Assembly (NCBI GenBank): GCA_035524135.1 | Contig: DATKPM010000104.1 | Coordinates: forward strand, 27,718-91,717 | Direction of reading: 5' to 3' | DNA: 64,000 bases | From: Candidatus Acidiferrum sp. | Lineage (GTDB): Bacteria; Acidobacteriota; Terriglobia; Acidiferrales; UBA7541 | In this document: piece by piece, positions 9,197 to 17,820 of the stretch | Layout of the letters: each line of letters begins with the position of its first letter | Numbering within the stretch: the stretch's first letter is position 1 | Made by a program: the position numbers and the translations under genes | The notes under the pieces: generated by a model | Told to the model about the DNA's origin: nothing | The model's database searches: none | Seen by the model: the letters and a program-made list of their open reading frames with translations, nothing else

Positions 9197-9742
9197 ATGG
9201 CACAAGAGATTTCCCACGGCGTGACTCTGGAAACTCCCGAAGATGCGGCGAATTTCCTGCGCGATGAAGGAATTTTCTTTGCGACTCTCGACAAGGTGGT
9301 GAACTGGGCGCGCCGCAGCTCCATTTGGCCCATGGGATTCGGTCTGGCCTGCTGCGCGATCGAGATGATGTCGATGGCCGCGTCCCGCTACGACGTCGCG
9401 CGGTTCGGCGCCGAGGTTTTCCGCAGCTCGCCCCGCCAGTCCGACCTGATGATTGTTGCCGGACGCGTCTCCGTAAAAATGGCGCCGGTCATCAAGCTGC
9501 TCTACGATCAGATGCCCGAGCCGAAGTGGGTGATTTCGATGGGCGCGTGCGCCACGTCGGGCGGAGTCTTCAACAACTACGCGATCGTGCAGGGGGTGAA
9601 CCAGGTGATTCCCGTCGACGTCTACGTCCCCGGCTGCCCTCCGCGGCCCGAAGGATTGCTCTACGGAATTCTCCAACTGCAAAAAAAGATCGACAACGAT
9701 CGCGGCAGCTTCCTCCGTTCGCTGAACCTGCCCAAAAGCTGA
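9197..9742 (+). CDS. nuoB: NADH-quinone oxidoreductase subunit B (NuoB / 20 kDa, N2 cluster subunit), solitary copy
   Basis: Contains [18 protein letters not shown] and VPGCPPRPE, which supply all four N2 [4Fe-4S] cysteine positions. No other nuo gene is adjacent. Confidence 0.9.
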   Translation: MAQEISHGVTLETPEDAANFLRDEGIFFATLDKVVNWARRSSIWPMGFGLACCAIEMMSMAASRYDVARFGAEVFRSSPRQSDLMIVAGRVSVKMAPVIKLLYDQMPEPKWVISMGACATSGGVFNNYAIVQGVNQVIPVDVYVPGCPPRPEGLLYGILQLQKKIDNDRGSFLRSLNLPKS

Positions 9743-9793
9743 AGCGCCGCTTCCTTCGAACGGACAATTTCGCGTGAAAATTTCCGCCTTTCG

Positions 9794-10771
9794 CTAGGCT
9801 TCTTCCGCAAGTTCGCTGACGGCTGGCGAACCTCTCTGCACCAGCACGACTGCTCCCACAATCATGGCCGTCGCGATTCCTGTCGCCAGGGAAAGCCGTT
9901 CGCCAGCGACGAGCCATCCTATCAACACCGCGACAACGGGATTGATGAAGGTGTGCGTGGTCACGAGAGTGGGTGAATAGTGCTCGAGGAGCCAGTTGTA
10001 GGCGGTGAAGGTAATCACCGAGCCGAAGATGACGAGAAAGCCGAACCCGAGCCAGGAGCGCGTTGTGACATGCGAGAGCGAGAAACCGCGCCATTCACCG
10101 AGGAGAGTGGCAACGAGAAGTAATTGGACGGACCCGGCGAGCAGGGACATGGCGGAGAGCAGTAGCGGATGTCCGGAAAGATGTGAACGGCGAGAGTAGA
10201 CGACGCCGGAAGCCCAGGAGATGGCGCTGAAGAGAGTGGCAATCGCGCCGGTGATCATGACGGGACCGGCGGAGAAGACACTGCCGCGAAGCAGGACGGC
10301 CACACCGGTGAAGCCGAGCAGGATTCCGCCGATGAGAGCCGGAGTCATCCGCCAGCTGCGCGTGACGGCGCAGATCAAGAGATAGACCCAAATAGGCTCG
10401 GTGGCGATCAACAGGGAAGCGAGGCCGGAGGGAATGCGCGTCTCAGCCCAGTGGAGAGAGCCGTGGCCTCCGACAAAAAAGAGAGCGCCAATCACGAAAC
10501 TGGCGCGGACCTGCGCCCAAGTGGGGCGAAGCCGTCTATAAGCGCACCAAGAAATGAGAATGAGTCCGGCGCAAAGATGGCGAAAGCCCGCAGCGTAGAG
10601 CGGAGGGATGGTCTCGACGGCATAGCGGATGGCGAGATAAGTGGAGCCCCAGATGAACCATGTGGCGCCGAACGACAGAATGACGCCGAGGCGATGACCT
10701 GCGGATTTTTCCACGGGCGCAGCAGGTTCGCGGGTTGCGGGGGAAAGCGATTTGGCGGCGCCGGTGCTCAT
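9794..10771 (-). CDS. EamA/DMT-family transporter
   Basis: About ten hydrophobic helices and a duplicated EamA-like architecture. Start moved to ATG 10771 (MSTGAAK...). The track start at 10972 would overlap the upstream ygfZ-like gene. Confidence 0.8.
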   Translation of the reverse strand: MSTGAAKSLSPATREPAAPVEKSAGHRLGVILSFGATWFIWGSTYLAIRYAVETIPPLYAAGFRHLCAGLILISWCAYRRLRPTWAQVRASFVIGALFFVGGHGSLHWAETRIPSGLASLLIATEPIWVYLLICAVTRSWRMTPALIGGILLGFTGVAVLLRGSVFSAGPVMITGAIATLFSAISWASGVVYSRRSHLSGHPLLLSAMSLLAGSVQLLLVATLLGEWRGFSLSHVTTRSWLGFGFLVIFGSVITFTAYNWLLEHYSPTLVTTHTFINPVVAVLIGWLVAGERLSLATGIATAMIVGAVVLVQRGSPAVSELAEEA

Positions 10772-10946
10772 GAGATTTGGAACGCCAGGTTCAGCGTTGC
10801 GAGATAGATGAGCAGAGTTCGGCGCGCGGTTCAAAGAAAAAATGAAGCGGGGGAGCGGGGTGCAGACCGCCATTTTGGAGAGAGGAGAGGCCAAAATGGG
10901 AGCACACGAAAACGAAGCAGCAGAAATTGAAGGGCGGAAGTAGGTG

Positions 10947-11996
10947 CTAGAGGACGGTGGCCGTGCCGCCATCGAAATCGACGACGCTGCCCGGGGCGAT
11001 GTGTTCGCGACGAAGGTAGCCCATGCCGACCGCTGCCCGGGCCTGCGGCGAAAACGCGGCGCTGGTGACGAGGCCGACTTCTTTGCCTGCAGAAAAAAGG
11101 TGCGCGCCGAACTCGGGCGGCATGGGAGCGGAGAATTGAAGGCGGACGCGGCGGCGATTCACTTGCCCGCGCGAACGCACGCGTTCGACGATTTCCTGAC
11201 CGGTGTAGCAGCCTTTCGAGTAGCTGATGTGGGATTCTTCGAGAGCCGCTTCGTGGGGAATTACGTTTTCGTTGAAGTCTGCCGGAAACCAAGGAACGCC
11301 GGCCTCGAGACGCAAAGCATTGAGAGCCTGCATGCCGATGGGCGCGCCGCCATCTGCCTGAACTGCAGCAAGAAGCTTCGGCCAAAGACGGACTAAAGAG
11401 TCGCGCGAGGCGAGAAATTCGGCGCCAGGAGAATCGAAGTGCGACTTGACGATGATTTGGCAAGGAACTCCGCCGACGACGGAATCGAAAATTGAAAGCG
11501 GAGGAAGATCGGTGATGACGATTCCGCAGGCCTCGCGGAGGATTGGCGCGGCATGCGGCCCTTCGACGGCGAAGCTGCCTAGCGAATCGGAAATATCTTC
11601 AAGCTCGACGTCGTCCATGATGATGTATTTTTCGAGTGTCTCTCGCGTGCGCGCGCGGACAGACGCATGAGTGCGAACCAAGAGGCTATCGGGAAGCCGG
11701 AAGATTTCAAATTCGGCGAGAATGCGTCCCTGCGGATTGAGCAGCAGAGCGGCGGCTCCGCGGCCTTCGCCCAAGGCTTGGATGTTGTTGCTCACGACGG
11801 CGTTCAGAAAGCGGACGTGGTCCTGGCCTTTGAGAACGTATGTGGCGTGCCAACTCGTGTCGAAGATTGCAGCGGAGTCTCGCGCGGCGCGGTATTCTTC
11901 GAGGAATCCAGCAAAGGATTCCGGAAGAGTGCAACCGTCACTGACGGCAAACGCGGCGCCAGCAGCGCGTTCCTCGGCCTGCAGAAAGGTTTCCAT
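10947..11996 (-). CDS. ygfZ: Folate-binding YgfZ / glycine-cleavage-T (aminomethyltransferase) family protein
   Basis: 349 aa. GcvT-like fold strings (IFDTSWHATYVLKGQD, LRLEAGVPWF) and the YgfZ-type KGCYTGQE motif. Confidence 0.8.
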   Translation of the reverse strand: METFLQAEERAAGAAFAVSDGCTLPESFAGFLEEYRAARDSAAIFDTSWHATYVLKGQDHVRFLNAVVSNNIQALGEGRGAAALLLNPQGRILAEFEIFRLPDSLLVRTHASVRARTRETLEKYIIMDDVELEDISDSLGSFAVEGPHAAPILREACGIVITDLPPLSIFDSVVGGVPCQIIVKSHFDSPGAEFLASRDSLVRLWPKLLAAVQADGGAPIGMQALNALRLEAGVPWFPADFNENVIPHEAALEESHISYSKGCYTGQEIVERVRSRGQVNRRRVRLQFSAPMPPEFGAHLFSAGKEVGLVTSAAFSPQARAAVGMGYLRREHIAPGSVVDFDGGTATVL

Positions 11997-12082
11997 ACGT
12001 TGATTCCATCTTATCAGATGAGATTGATCTGGCTTGGATTCGAGAGGGAGCTTTTGATGGACCGAGAGCAGGCGTTGATATA

Positions 12083-12802
12083 ATGCGAGACGAAGCGATG
12101 GCGGAAACGCTCATTCACGAAATTCTTCCCGTAGGATTGCTGCAGTGCAACTGCATGATTTTGGGCGATCCTGCGAGCCACGAAGCGGTGGTCATTGACC
12201 CAGGAGACGAAAGCGAGCGCATTCTGGAGATTTTGCGGCGGCATCAGCTCAAGGTGCGCGCGATTATCAGCACGCACACACACATCGATCATGTGGGCGG
12301 GCTTGCGGCGCTGCATCGTGCGACGGGAGCGCCGGTGCTGATTCATGAGGCGGACCTGGAACTCTATCGCCATCTCGATGTGCAGGCGCAGTGGATCGGG
12401 ATTCCTACGCCGGAAACGATGGCGCTGAAAGATTTTGTGGTCGAGGGCGACCGTATCCGCTGGGGGCCTTACATTGCGGAGGTGCTGCATACGCCGGGAC
12501 ACACGCCGGGAAGCATCAGCTTGGTTATTCGGCGAGGAGAAGAAGAGCCGGACGCGAAAGGGAGGCCGGTAAAAGCTTCACCCACGTTGATTGCTTCACC
12601 TCCGGATCGGCTGATTTCCGGCGACACGCTTTTCTACCGAAGCATTGGAAGGACGGATTTGCCCGGCGGCTCGACACCTCAGATTCTCCGCTCGGTCCAC
12701 GAAAAGTTACTGACGCTCCCCGAAAGCCTCGTCGTTTATCCGGGGCACGGAGATACGACGACCATCGGCGCCGAGCGCGAGTTTAATCCCTTCGTTCGTT
12801 GA
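12083..12802 (+). CDS. MBL-fold metallo-hydrolase (glyoxalase II-like)
   Basis: Contains the THTHIDHVGG metal-binding motif and a later TPGHTPGS. The start may instead be ATG 12098, because TATAAT at 12079-12084 overlaps the first ATG. Confidence 0.85.
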   Translation: MRDEAMAETLIHEILPVGLLQCNCMILGDPASHEAVVIDPGDESERILEILRRHQLKVRAIISTHTHIDHVGGLAALHRATGAPVLIHEADLELYRHLDVQAQWIGIPTPETMALKDFVVEGDRIRWGPYIAEVLHTPGHTPGSISLVIRRGEEEPDAKGRPVKASPTLIASPPDRLISGDTLFYRSIGRTDLPGGSTPQILRSVHEKLLTLPESLVVYPGHGDTTTIGAEREFNPFVR

Positions 12803-12889
12803 TTGCAGCCTCTTCCGCAACTCGCCGGCTTTCTCATACTTGACGGAAGCAACTATCTATGTGCTATCGTCAATGTGTAGGAGGCTGCC

Positions 12890-13831
12890 ATGCCCAACCC
12901 TGAAATGCAGGCAATGGTAAGCGACGTTCGCGCGTTCAACCGCTTCTATACCCGCCAAATCGGTGTGATCGACGGAAGCGCGAGCAGTCCGTTTTCCCTC
13001 GCCGAGGCCCGCGTGCTCTTCGAACTCGCGCACCGCGAACGAGCCACGGCCACCGAAATCCGCAAAGAGCTGGATCTGGACGCCGGATACATGAGTCGAA
13101 TCCTTCGCGAGTTCGAGCGTCGCAAGCTTGTGAAGCGAGAACCGTCTAAAACGGACGAGCGGCAAAAGTTTCTTTCACTGACAACCAAAGGCCGGCGGAC
13201 CTTCGCGCCGCTTGACCAGCGTTCCAATCATGCCGTAGAGGCGACCCTTCGAAGGCTTTCGCCGCCGGAGCGTAGGCAGATGATCGCGGCTTCTCAGACC
13301 ATCGTCCGGCTTCTCAGTGACAAGTCTGCGCCGAAGACTCCCTATTTGCTCCGGGAGCACCAGCCGGGAGATCTGGGTTGGATTGTCCAGCGGCAAGCCG
13401 TTCTCTATGTCGAAGAATATGGTTGGGATGGAACCTACGAGCGCCTTGCCGCGGAAGTCGTCGCGCACTTCATCAAGAATTATGATCCGAGGCGCGAGCG
13501 CTGCTGGATAGCAGAAAAAGACGGCGAGAGGGTCGGCGGCGTCTTCGTTGCAAAGGCGTCGAGCGAAGTCGCCAAGCTGCGCTTGCTACATGTGGAATCG
13601 AGTGCGCGAGGGCTAGGGATCGGCAAGCGGCTGGTGGAAGAATGTGTCCGGTTTAGCCGCCAGGCTGGGTACCGAAAGATGACGCTATGGACGCAGAGCA
13701 TTCTCTTCGCAGCGCGCCACATTTACAAACAAATGGGATTCCGTATCGTTCACCAGGAACGGCACCACAGCTTTGGGAAAGACCTGATTGCCGAAACGTG
13801 GGAACTCGACCTGCGAGCAGCGGCGAAATAA
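12890..13831 (+). CDS. MarR-type HTH fused to a GNAT N-acetyltransferase
   Basis: An N-terminal winged-helix MarR region (LAEARVLFELAHRE...ATEIRKEL) and a C-terminal GNAT region (RGLGIGKRLVEECVRFSRQAGY). AGGAGG RBS. Confidence 0.85.
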   Translation: MPNPEMQAMVSDVRAFNRFYTRQIGVIDGSASSPFSLAEARVLFELAHRERATATEIRKELDLDAGYMSRILREFERRKLVKREPSKTDERQKFLSLTTKGRRTFAPLDQRSNHAVEATLRRLSPPERRQMIAASQTIVRLLSDKSAPKTPYLLREHQPGDLGWIVQRQAVLYVEEYGWDGTYERLAAEVVAHFIKNYDPRRERCWIAEKDGERVGGVFVAKASSEVAKLRLLHVESSARGLGIGKRLVEECVRFSRQAGYRKMTLWTQSILFAARHIYKQMGFRIVHQERHHSFGKDLIAETWELDLRAAAK

Positions 13832-13848
13832 AAGATGCTAGCGACGGG

Positions 13849-14103
13849 CTACTTTGCAGTCCTGATCTCTTCCATCACGCTCTGAATCAGTTCCTTGGCA
13901 TTTTGAAGCTCGCGCGTAATCAGGCGGATGTCCATCGCCGGGACGCCGGGGCGATTTGCGCTCTGGCAATAGACGCCGTGTTGGCCGACGAGAACCATAG
14001 CGTTGGTGACAAGATCGAGCGTGACCGCAAGACGCCCGCGGTGCGGGCCCATCATGGTCTCGTAGTGTTCCAACTCTTCGGCGTGATCGTCGCGCGCGCT
14101 CAT
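13849..14103 (-). CDS. Hypothetical 84-aa protein, translationally coupled to the upstream PilZ gene
   Basis: The ATG at 14103-14101 overlaps the PilZ TGA at 14102-14100 (ATGA). I recognise no family. Confidence 0.45.
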   Translation of the reverse strand: MSARDDHAEELEHYETMMGPHRGRLAVTLDLVTNAMVLVGQHGVYCQSANRPGVPAMDIRLITRELQNAKELIQSVMEEIRTAK

Positions 14104-14480
14104 TCGTCATTTTCCCGCGCGTCGTGAGTTTTCAGAAGACGCGCCACCAGCGATTCAAAACGCACCCTGTTGTCTTCGCTCAGATCGGAAAATTGGACCC
14201 CCATGCCCTCACCGGGATTCAGGTTTCTGACTACGGCGGTTCCGCGAATTTCGCCTTCGGCCACTGAGAAGAGAAGGGAAACCGCGTCGCCTGCGAGCAG
14301 TGGCTGGTTGGTAAGGATGTAGAGGCCGCCCAAGTTTAGATCGCGGACGCGAGAGACGGTCTGGTCGGCGCCGGGCACGCCCTCGCGTTGCCACGCGACC
14401 CAAAGGCCATGCGGCGTGGCGATGCGCGGGAAGCGGCGAAGGCTGATCTTCGAGTTTTCGGCCACAGTTTCAGAATCCAT
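14100..14480 (-). CDS. PilZ-domain protein
   Basis: Contains RRFPR (RxxxR) and DLNLGG (D/NxSxxG-like), followed by a beta-barrel-like remainder. Start moved to ATG 14480. Confidence 0.7.
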   Translation of the reverse strand: MDSETVAENSKISLRRFPRIATPHGLWVAWQREGVPGADQTVSRVRDLNLGGLYILTNQPLLAGDAVSLLFSVAEGEIRGTAVVRNLNPGEGMGVQFSDLSEDNRVRFESLVARLLKTHDARENDE

Positions 14481-14641
14481 TTCAGGGTTTAAGAGACGGG
14501 ATGAAGACCCACTCCCGCGAGGGGATACCAGACGGCGTCCAGCCTTCAATTTTTTGTAGCAAAATCCGGGGCATTCCGCCAGGGGAGGTTTTGCGCACCA
14601 TTTGCAGATGAGCTACAAGAGGAAAAACCATGGGTTTCGAG

Positions 14642-14789
14642 CGAGGAATCTGTGGCGCGGCTGCGAACGAATCGATAGAGCCGGGAATCGCGTGGAGGGG
14701 AGTTGGCTCCGTTCGTATAATCTCGAAACGCTTGCTGCGAGGTATCCGCCGTTCCGGCCTGTCCGGCAGGCAGGCGCCGAGATTCCTCG
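14642..14789. other. Long-range inverted repeat enclosing nested hairpins, in a gene-free interval
   Basis: CGAGGAATCT (14642-14651) pairs with AGATTCCTCG (14780-14789). GGCGC (14654-14658) pairs with GCGCC (14774-14778). Inner stems include CGAACG/CGTTCG and GAGCC/GGCTC. Confidence 0.35.
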
Positions 14790-14953
14790 ACTGATCTCCC
14801 GAGCTCGACTAACCGTCCACCCGGGAGCCCTATCTTGCACAGGCGCACGATTTTCGCGCAATCACAGAAAGTCGGCGCGAAGATCGGGGCGCTCCTCCTC
14901 GGAATGCCAATATTGAGAGCCACGGAAGGGAGAGGATGTCAACGGGGGCAGGG

Positions 14954-14967
14954 TAGTCCTAGGACTA
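14954..14967. promoter_or_regulatory. Perfect 14-bp palindrome TAGTCCTAGGACTA
   Basis: Read directly from the sequence. A second palindrome, GGAACA-AG-TGTTCC, lies at 14983-14996. Both are about 150-195 bp upstream of the ORF at 15150. Confidence 0.35.
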
Positions 14968-15149
14968 TCTATTGCTCCCTTCGGAACAAGTGTTCCCTGG
15001 CTTGCTTTACTCACCCGAAATGAAACACGATAATCACGTGGCTATCCAGCGCCTGGCGACATATCCCTTGTGAGGCGGGACCGCCACAATCCCGGACAAT
15101 ACTAAGCCGGGGAGGCTCCGGAGGAAGAAATTTCGCGGGGTGAAGAGAT

Positions 15150-15710
15150 ATGAGACGCTCTGACTTGGTACGGAATCCCAGCAAGAACAAGAGCCCTCGG
15201 ACATCGCAGATCGTTTTCGGAGAGCGGCAGCATTTGCTGCGCGTTTTGGATTCGGTGGAGCGGAGCGCGCTGCCGGCGCCGCGTCTCGAACAAGAGCGGC
15301 GAATGATCGAGCAGTTGATCCATGCGCGCACGCAGGAGCTGAACCGCATCAACCAAGGATGGGATGAGAAGGTAGGCACAGTGCTGAGCGCGGAAGTGAA
15401 GGCGGAAACGCTCGAATCGTTGTCGCGACAGGCGCCAAAGGAAGATTACTATCTGCTGCGGCTGATCAGCGAACATCCGAAAGTGATGGCGAAGACGCTG
15501 GCGCGGCTTTCGCATCATCCGTATTCCGCAATTCGCGAAAATATCGCAAGGCACCCGAATACCGATGCATCGACACTCTCACGCCTGAGCCGCGACCGCA
15601 CACAGCCGCTGTGGTATCTGGTAGCATTCAATCCGAATGCACCTGCGCCGCTGCGAAAGAAGCTACAGGAGCGGATGCGGCGGCTGGGCGAAAAAACCGC
15701 CACGCAATAA
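15150..15710 (+). CDS. Hypothetical protein with leucine-rich-variant / HEAT-like repeats in its C-terminal half
   Basis: 186 aa. Repeated HP/NPxxxxxxLxxLS units (EHPKVMAKTLARLSHHPYSAIRENIARHPNTDASTLSRLS). Codon pattern looks coding. Confidence 0.55.
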   Translation: MRRSDLVRNPSKNKSPRTSQIVFGERQHLLRVLDSVERSALPAPRLEQERRMIEQLIHARTQELNRINQGWDEKVGTVLSAEVKAETLESLSRQAPKEDYYLLRLISEHPKVMAKTLARLSHHPYSAIRENIARHPNTDASTLSRLSRDRTQPLWYLVAFNPNAPAPLRKKLQERMRRLGEKTATQ

Positions 15711-15806
15711 GCCTCTCCGGACAAGTCCAACCCCTGAAATCGCGGGAAGCGCTTTGTCGCGCCCAAAGTGCCTTCGGAAAGCACCGTATTTAGAGGTGCG
15801 GAGCGC

Positions 15807-16400
15807 CTACGAGTTGCCCACAATTTCGAGCGGCACACCGGAGGCACAAAGCGGACATTGAGAAGGCGTCCAAATGGTGTTCGCCATTCGATCCAGGAGT
15901 TCGAGAGGGATGTGATGCTCAGCCGTGAATCGGATGATTGCGTCGCCCAGCGCGAGAAGTGCGCCGATCGCTACGACGGACGCGTCGAGGGCTTGCATGT
16001 GATAGAAAGCTCCGCGAACAGCGGAGCCAGCGTTGATAAAGTCGTTTACGATGGCGACTCGCTTGCCCTTGACCGCCGGCCACAGTGCCTTGGGGATGTG
16101 ATAATCGACGGGAAATAAACCCTCCCGCGCCGTATCAGCAATCCGCTCTGCATAGGTAAACTCGCAATCCAGCTCAAGAGAGACGAGCAGGGCGATGAAG
16201 GCGCCCTCGACGAACGGGCCGCAGACCGCGTCGATCTTGTAAGGGGCGAGCTGTGCGGCAAGCCGGGCTGCAAACGGCTTGAGTTCGCGGGGGCGGAGGC
16301 ACAGGGTTTCCAGTTGAAACCATAGATCGCCGTGATGACCTGACTCCAATTGGAAATGGCCCCGGCGTCCGGAGACGAACGTCAGCAAATCTTCTGTCAT
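15807..16400 (-). CDS. Phosphoribosyltransferase-family protein (orotate PRTase-like)
   Basis: PRPP-binding loop VAIVNDFINAGSAV. Start moved to ATG 16400 (MTEDLLTFVSG...). Confidence 0.7.
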   Translation of the reverse strand: MTEDLLTFVSGRRGHFQLESGHHGDLWFQLETLCLRPRELKPFAARLAAQLAPYKIDAVCGPFVEGAFIALLVSLELDCEFTYAERIADTAREGLFPVDYHIPKALWPAVKGKRVAIVNDFINAGSAVRGAFYHMQALDASVVAIGALLALGDAIIRFTAEHHIPLELLDRMANTIWTPSQCPLCASGVPLEIVGNS

Positions 16401-16635
16401 GAGGTCCGATGGGTGACTAGTTCTGAGTTGCTGGCAGAGCGAACGCTGGCAGCAGCGCAAATTCTACATCAGGCCGCTCAACGGGATTTGTGGCGAGGGG
16501 CCAGAAGAAGTGGGGCATAGCGAAAACGATGCCTGATGTGTTCTTGGAGGCTTCTTACAATCAAGGCCTTGACGTAAGATTCGCTAGTTGGTCAGTTTCC
16601 GGTTTAACCGTTTAGGGAGACCTAGATAGGTGCGG

Positions 16636-17577
16636 CTAGTTGGAGGTCATGCCGATGGACCGCAACCATGCTTCTACAAGCCGAGGCCATCCTGTGATGG
16701 GGAATTTCGTCCGCCGCAGCCCAAATGCGTGCCCGCCGTTCGCATACAAGTGCATTTCCACGGGTGCTCCGGCGTTCTTGAGAGCGATGTAGTAGACGAG
16801 CGAGTTGTTTATACTGTCCTCGTCGTCATCCTCTGCGTGCAATAAAAATGTTGGCGGCGTACTACGAGTGACGCGGATGTCCGGGTTCAGCACAAAACTT
16901 TTTTCGTTAATCCACAGATGCCCGGGATAAAGGGCCACGGCAAAATCGGGACGGCAGCTTTCTTTGTCGGCGGCGTCGACAGGCAAATAGAAGCGCTTTT
17001 CAAAGTGCGTGCTTATCTCTGCGGCCAAGTGACCACCCGCTGAAAACCCCAGCACTCCAATCTTGTGCGGGTCGATGCGCCACTCAGCGGCGTGGAGGCG
17101 CACCAAGCCCATCGTTCGCTGTGCGTCTTCGAGCGCCGTCGGTGCTTTCGGAGACTTCTGGCACTGGCATCGCTCATCCCAATGCATTCCTGAATCGGGC
17201 ACGCGATATTTCAACAGCACGCACGTTATTCCCTTAGAAGTCAGCCAGTCGCAAACTTCTGTCCCCTCCAGATCAATGGCGAGAATCTGGTAACCCCCGC
17301 CGGGGAATACGACAACCGCGGCGCCTGTATTATTGCCCGTCGGCGAATAGACCGTCATTGTTGGCTGGGAAACGTTGCTGATATAAACCCAGGGCTTTCC
17401 AGCGACTAGATTCTCGGCCTTGGCGGAGGTTTCTGGCCCGGAGACCGGCTGCGAATCAGGAGGTATGCCTGGCCAGATAGGAATTTGCGCGTGCTCTGGC
17501 GAGGGTTGCCAGGTGGGCGTTTGCGCCCTTACCCCCGATAAGGACAACACAGCACATAAAACAAACTTCTCGAGCAT
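16636..17577 (-). CDS. Secreted alpha/beta hydrolase (esterase / BD-FAE-like)
   Basis: Signal peptide MLEKFVLCAVLSLSGVRAQ, an FPGGGY oxyanion region and a GFSAGGH nucleophile elbow. Start at ATG 17577 with an AGGAG-type RBS. Confidence 0.8.
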   Translation of the reverse strand: MLEKFVLCAVLSLSGVRAQTPTWQPSPEHAQIPIWPGIPPDSQPVSGPETSAKAENLVAGKPWVYISNVSQPTMTVYSPTGNNTGAAVVVFPGGGYQILAIDLEGTEVCDWLTSKGITCVLLKYRVPDSGMHWDERCQCQKSPKAPTALEDAQRTMGLVRLHAAEWRIDPHKIGVLGFSAGGHLAAEISTHFEKRFYLPVDAADKESCRPDFAVALYPGHLWINEKSFVLNPDIRVTRSTPPTFLLHAEDDDEDSINNSLVYYIALKNAGAPVEMHLYANGGHAFGLRRTKFPITGWPRLVEAWLRSIGMTSN

Positions 17578-17764
17578 CCTCACGCTCCTAACGTTCCCCT
17601 TCAAAGAGGTTCTCGGGTGGTTCAGCAGCAGGTTTCCTTGGGAAGGCTACCAAGATGCGACAATGGTTCCGAGCGTCACATTGTACGAGTTGACGTGACT
17701 CTTAACCCCCGACAGGGCGGCGAGTCAGAAACCGGGCTCGAGCCAAGGTTCTTCTACAAAGACA

Positions 17765-17805
17765 AATTGGCTCTTTACAGGTAGAATTGGCTGAGTATAT
17801 TGGCC
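17765..17805 (+). promoter_or_regulatory. pdxR promoter (TTTACA-16-TATATT) interleaved with three direct AATTGGCT-type repeats
   Basis: AATTGGCT lies at 17765-17772 and 17785-17792, and TATTGGCC at 17798-17805. The -35 TTTACA is at 17774-17779 and the -10 TATATT at 17796-17801. Confidence 0.45.
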
Positions 17806-17820
17806 TGCGAGAACCGACCA

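Noticed and set aside
14560-14610. The string GUGCGCAAAACCUCCCC on the - strand upstream of a PilZ gene, reminiscent of the ACGCAAAGCCUCCGG core of the c-di-GMP-I (GEMM-I) riboswitch.
   Set aside because: The first GNRA-capped hairpin and the GGCAAACC element at the proper distance are missing. The two GCAAA boxes are only about 9 nt apart rather than about 25 nt. The resemblance is likely coincidental.
14550-15149. I checked the gene-free interval for housekeeping RNAs (RNase P RNA, tmRNA, SRP/4.5S RNA, 6S RNA).
   Set aside because: I found no GGAAAGUCCGG/ACAGAACCCGGCUUA (RNase P) motif, no GGGGCUGAUUCUGGAUUCGAC-type tmRNA 5' end, and no SRP domain-IV motif (GGAAG...AGCAG). 6S RNA cannot be judged by eye.
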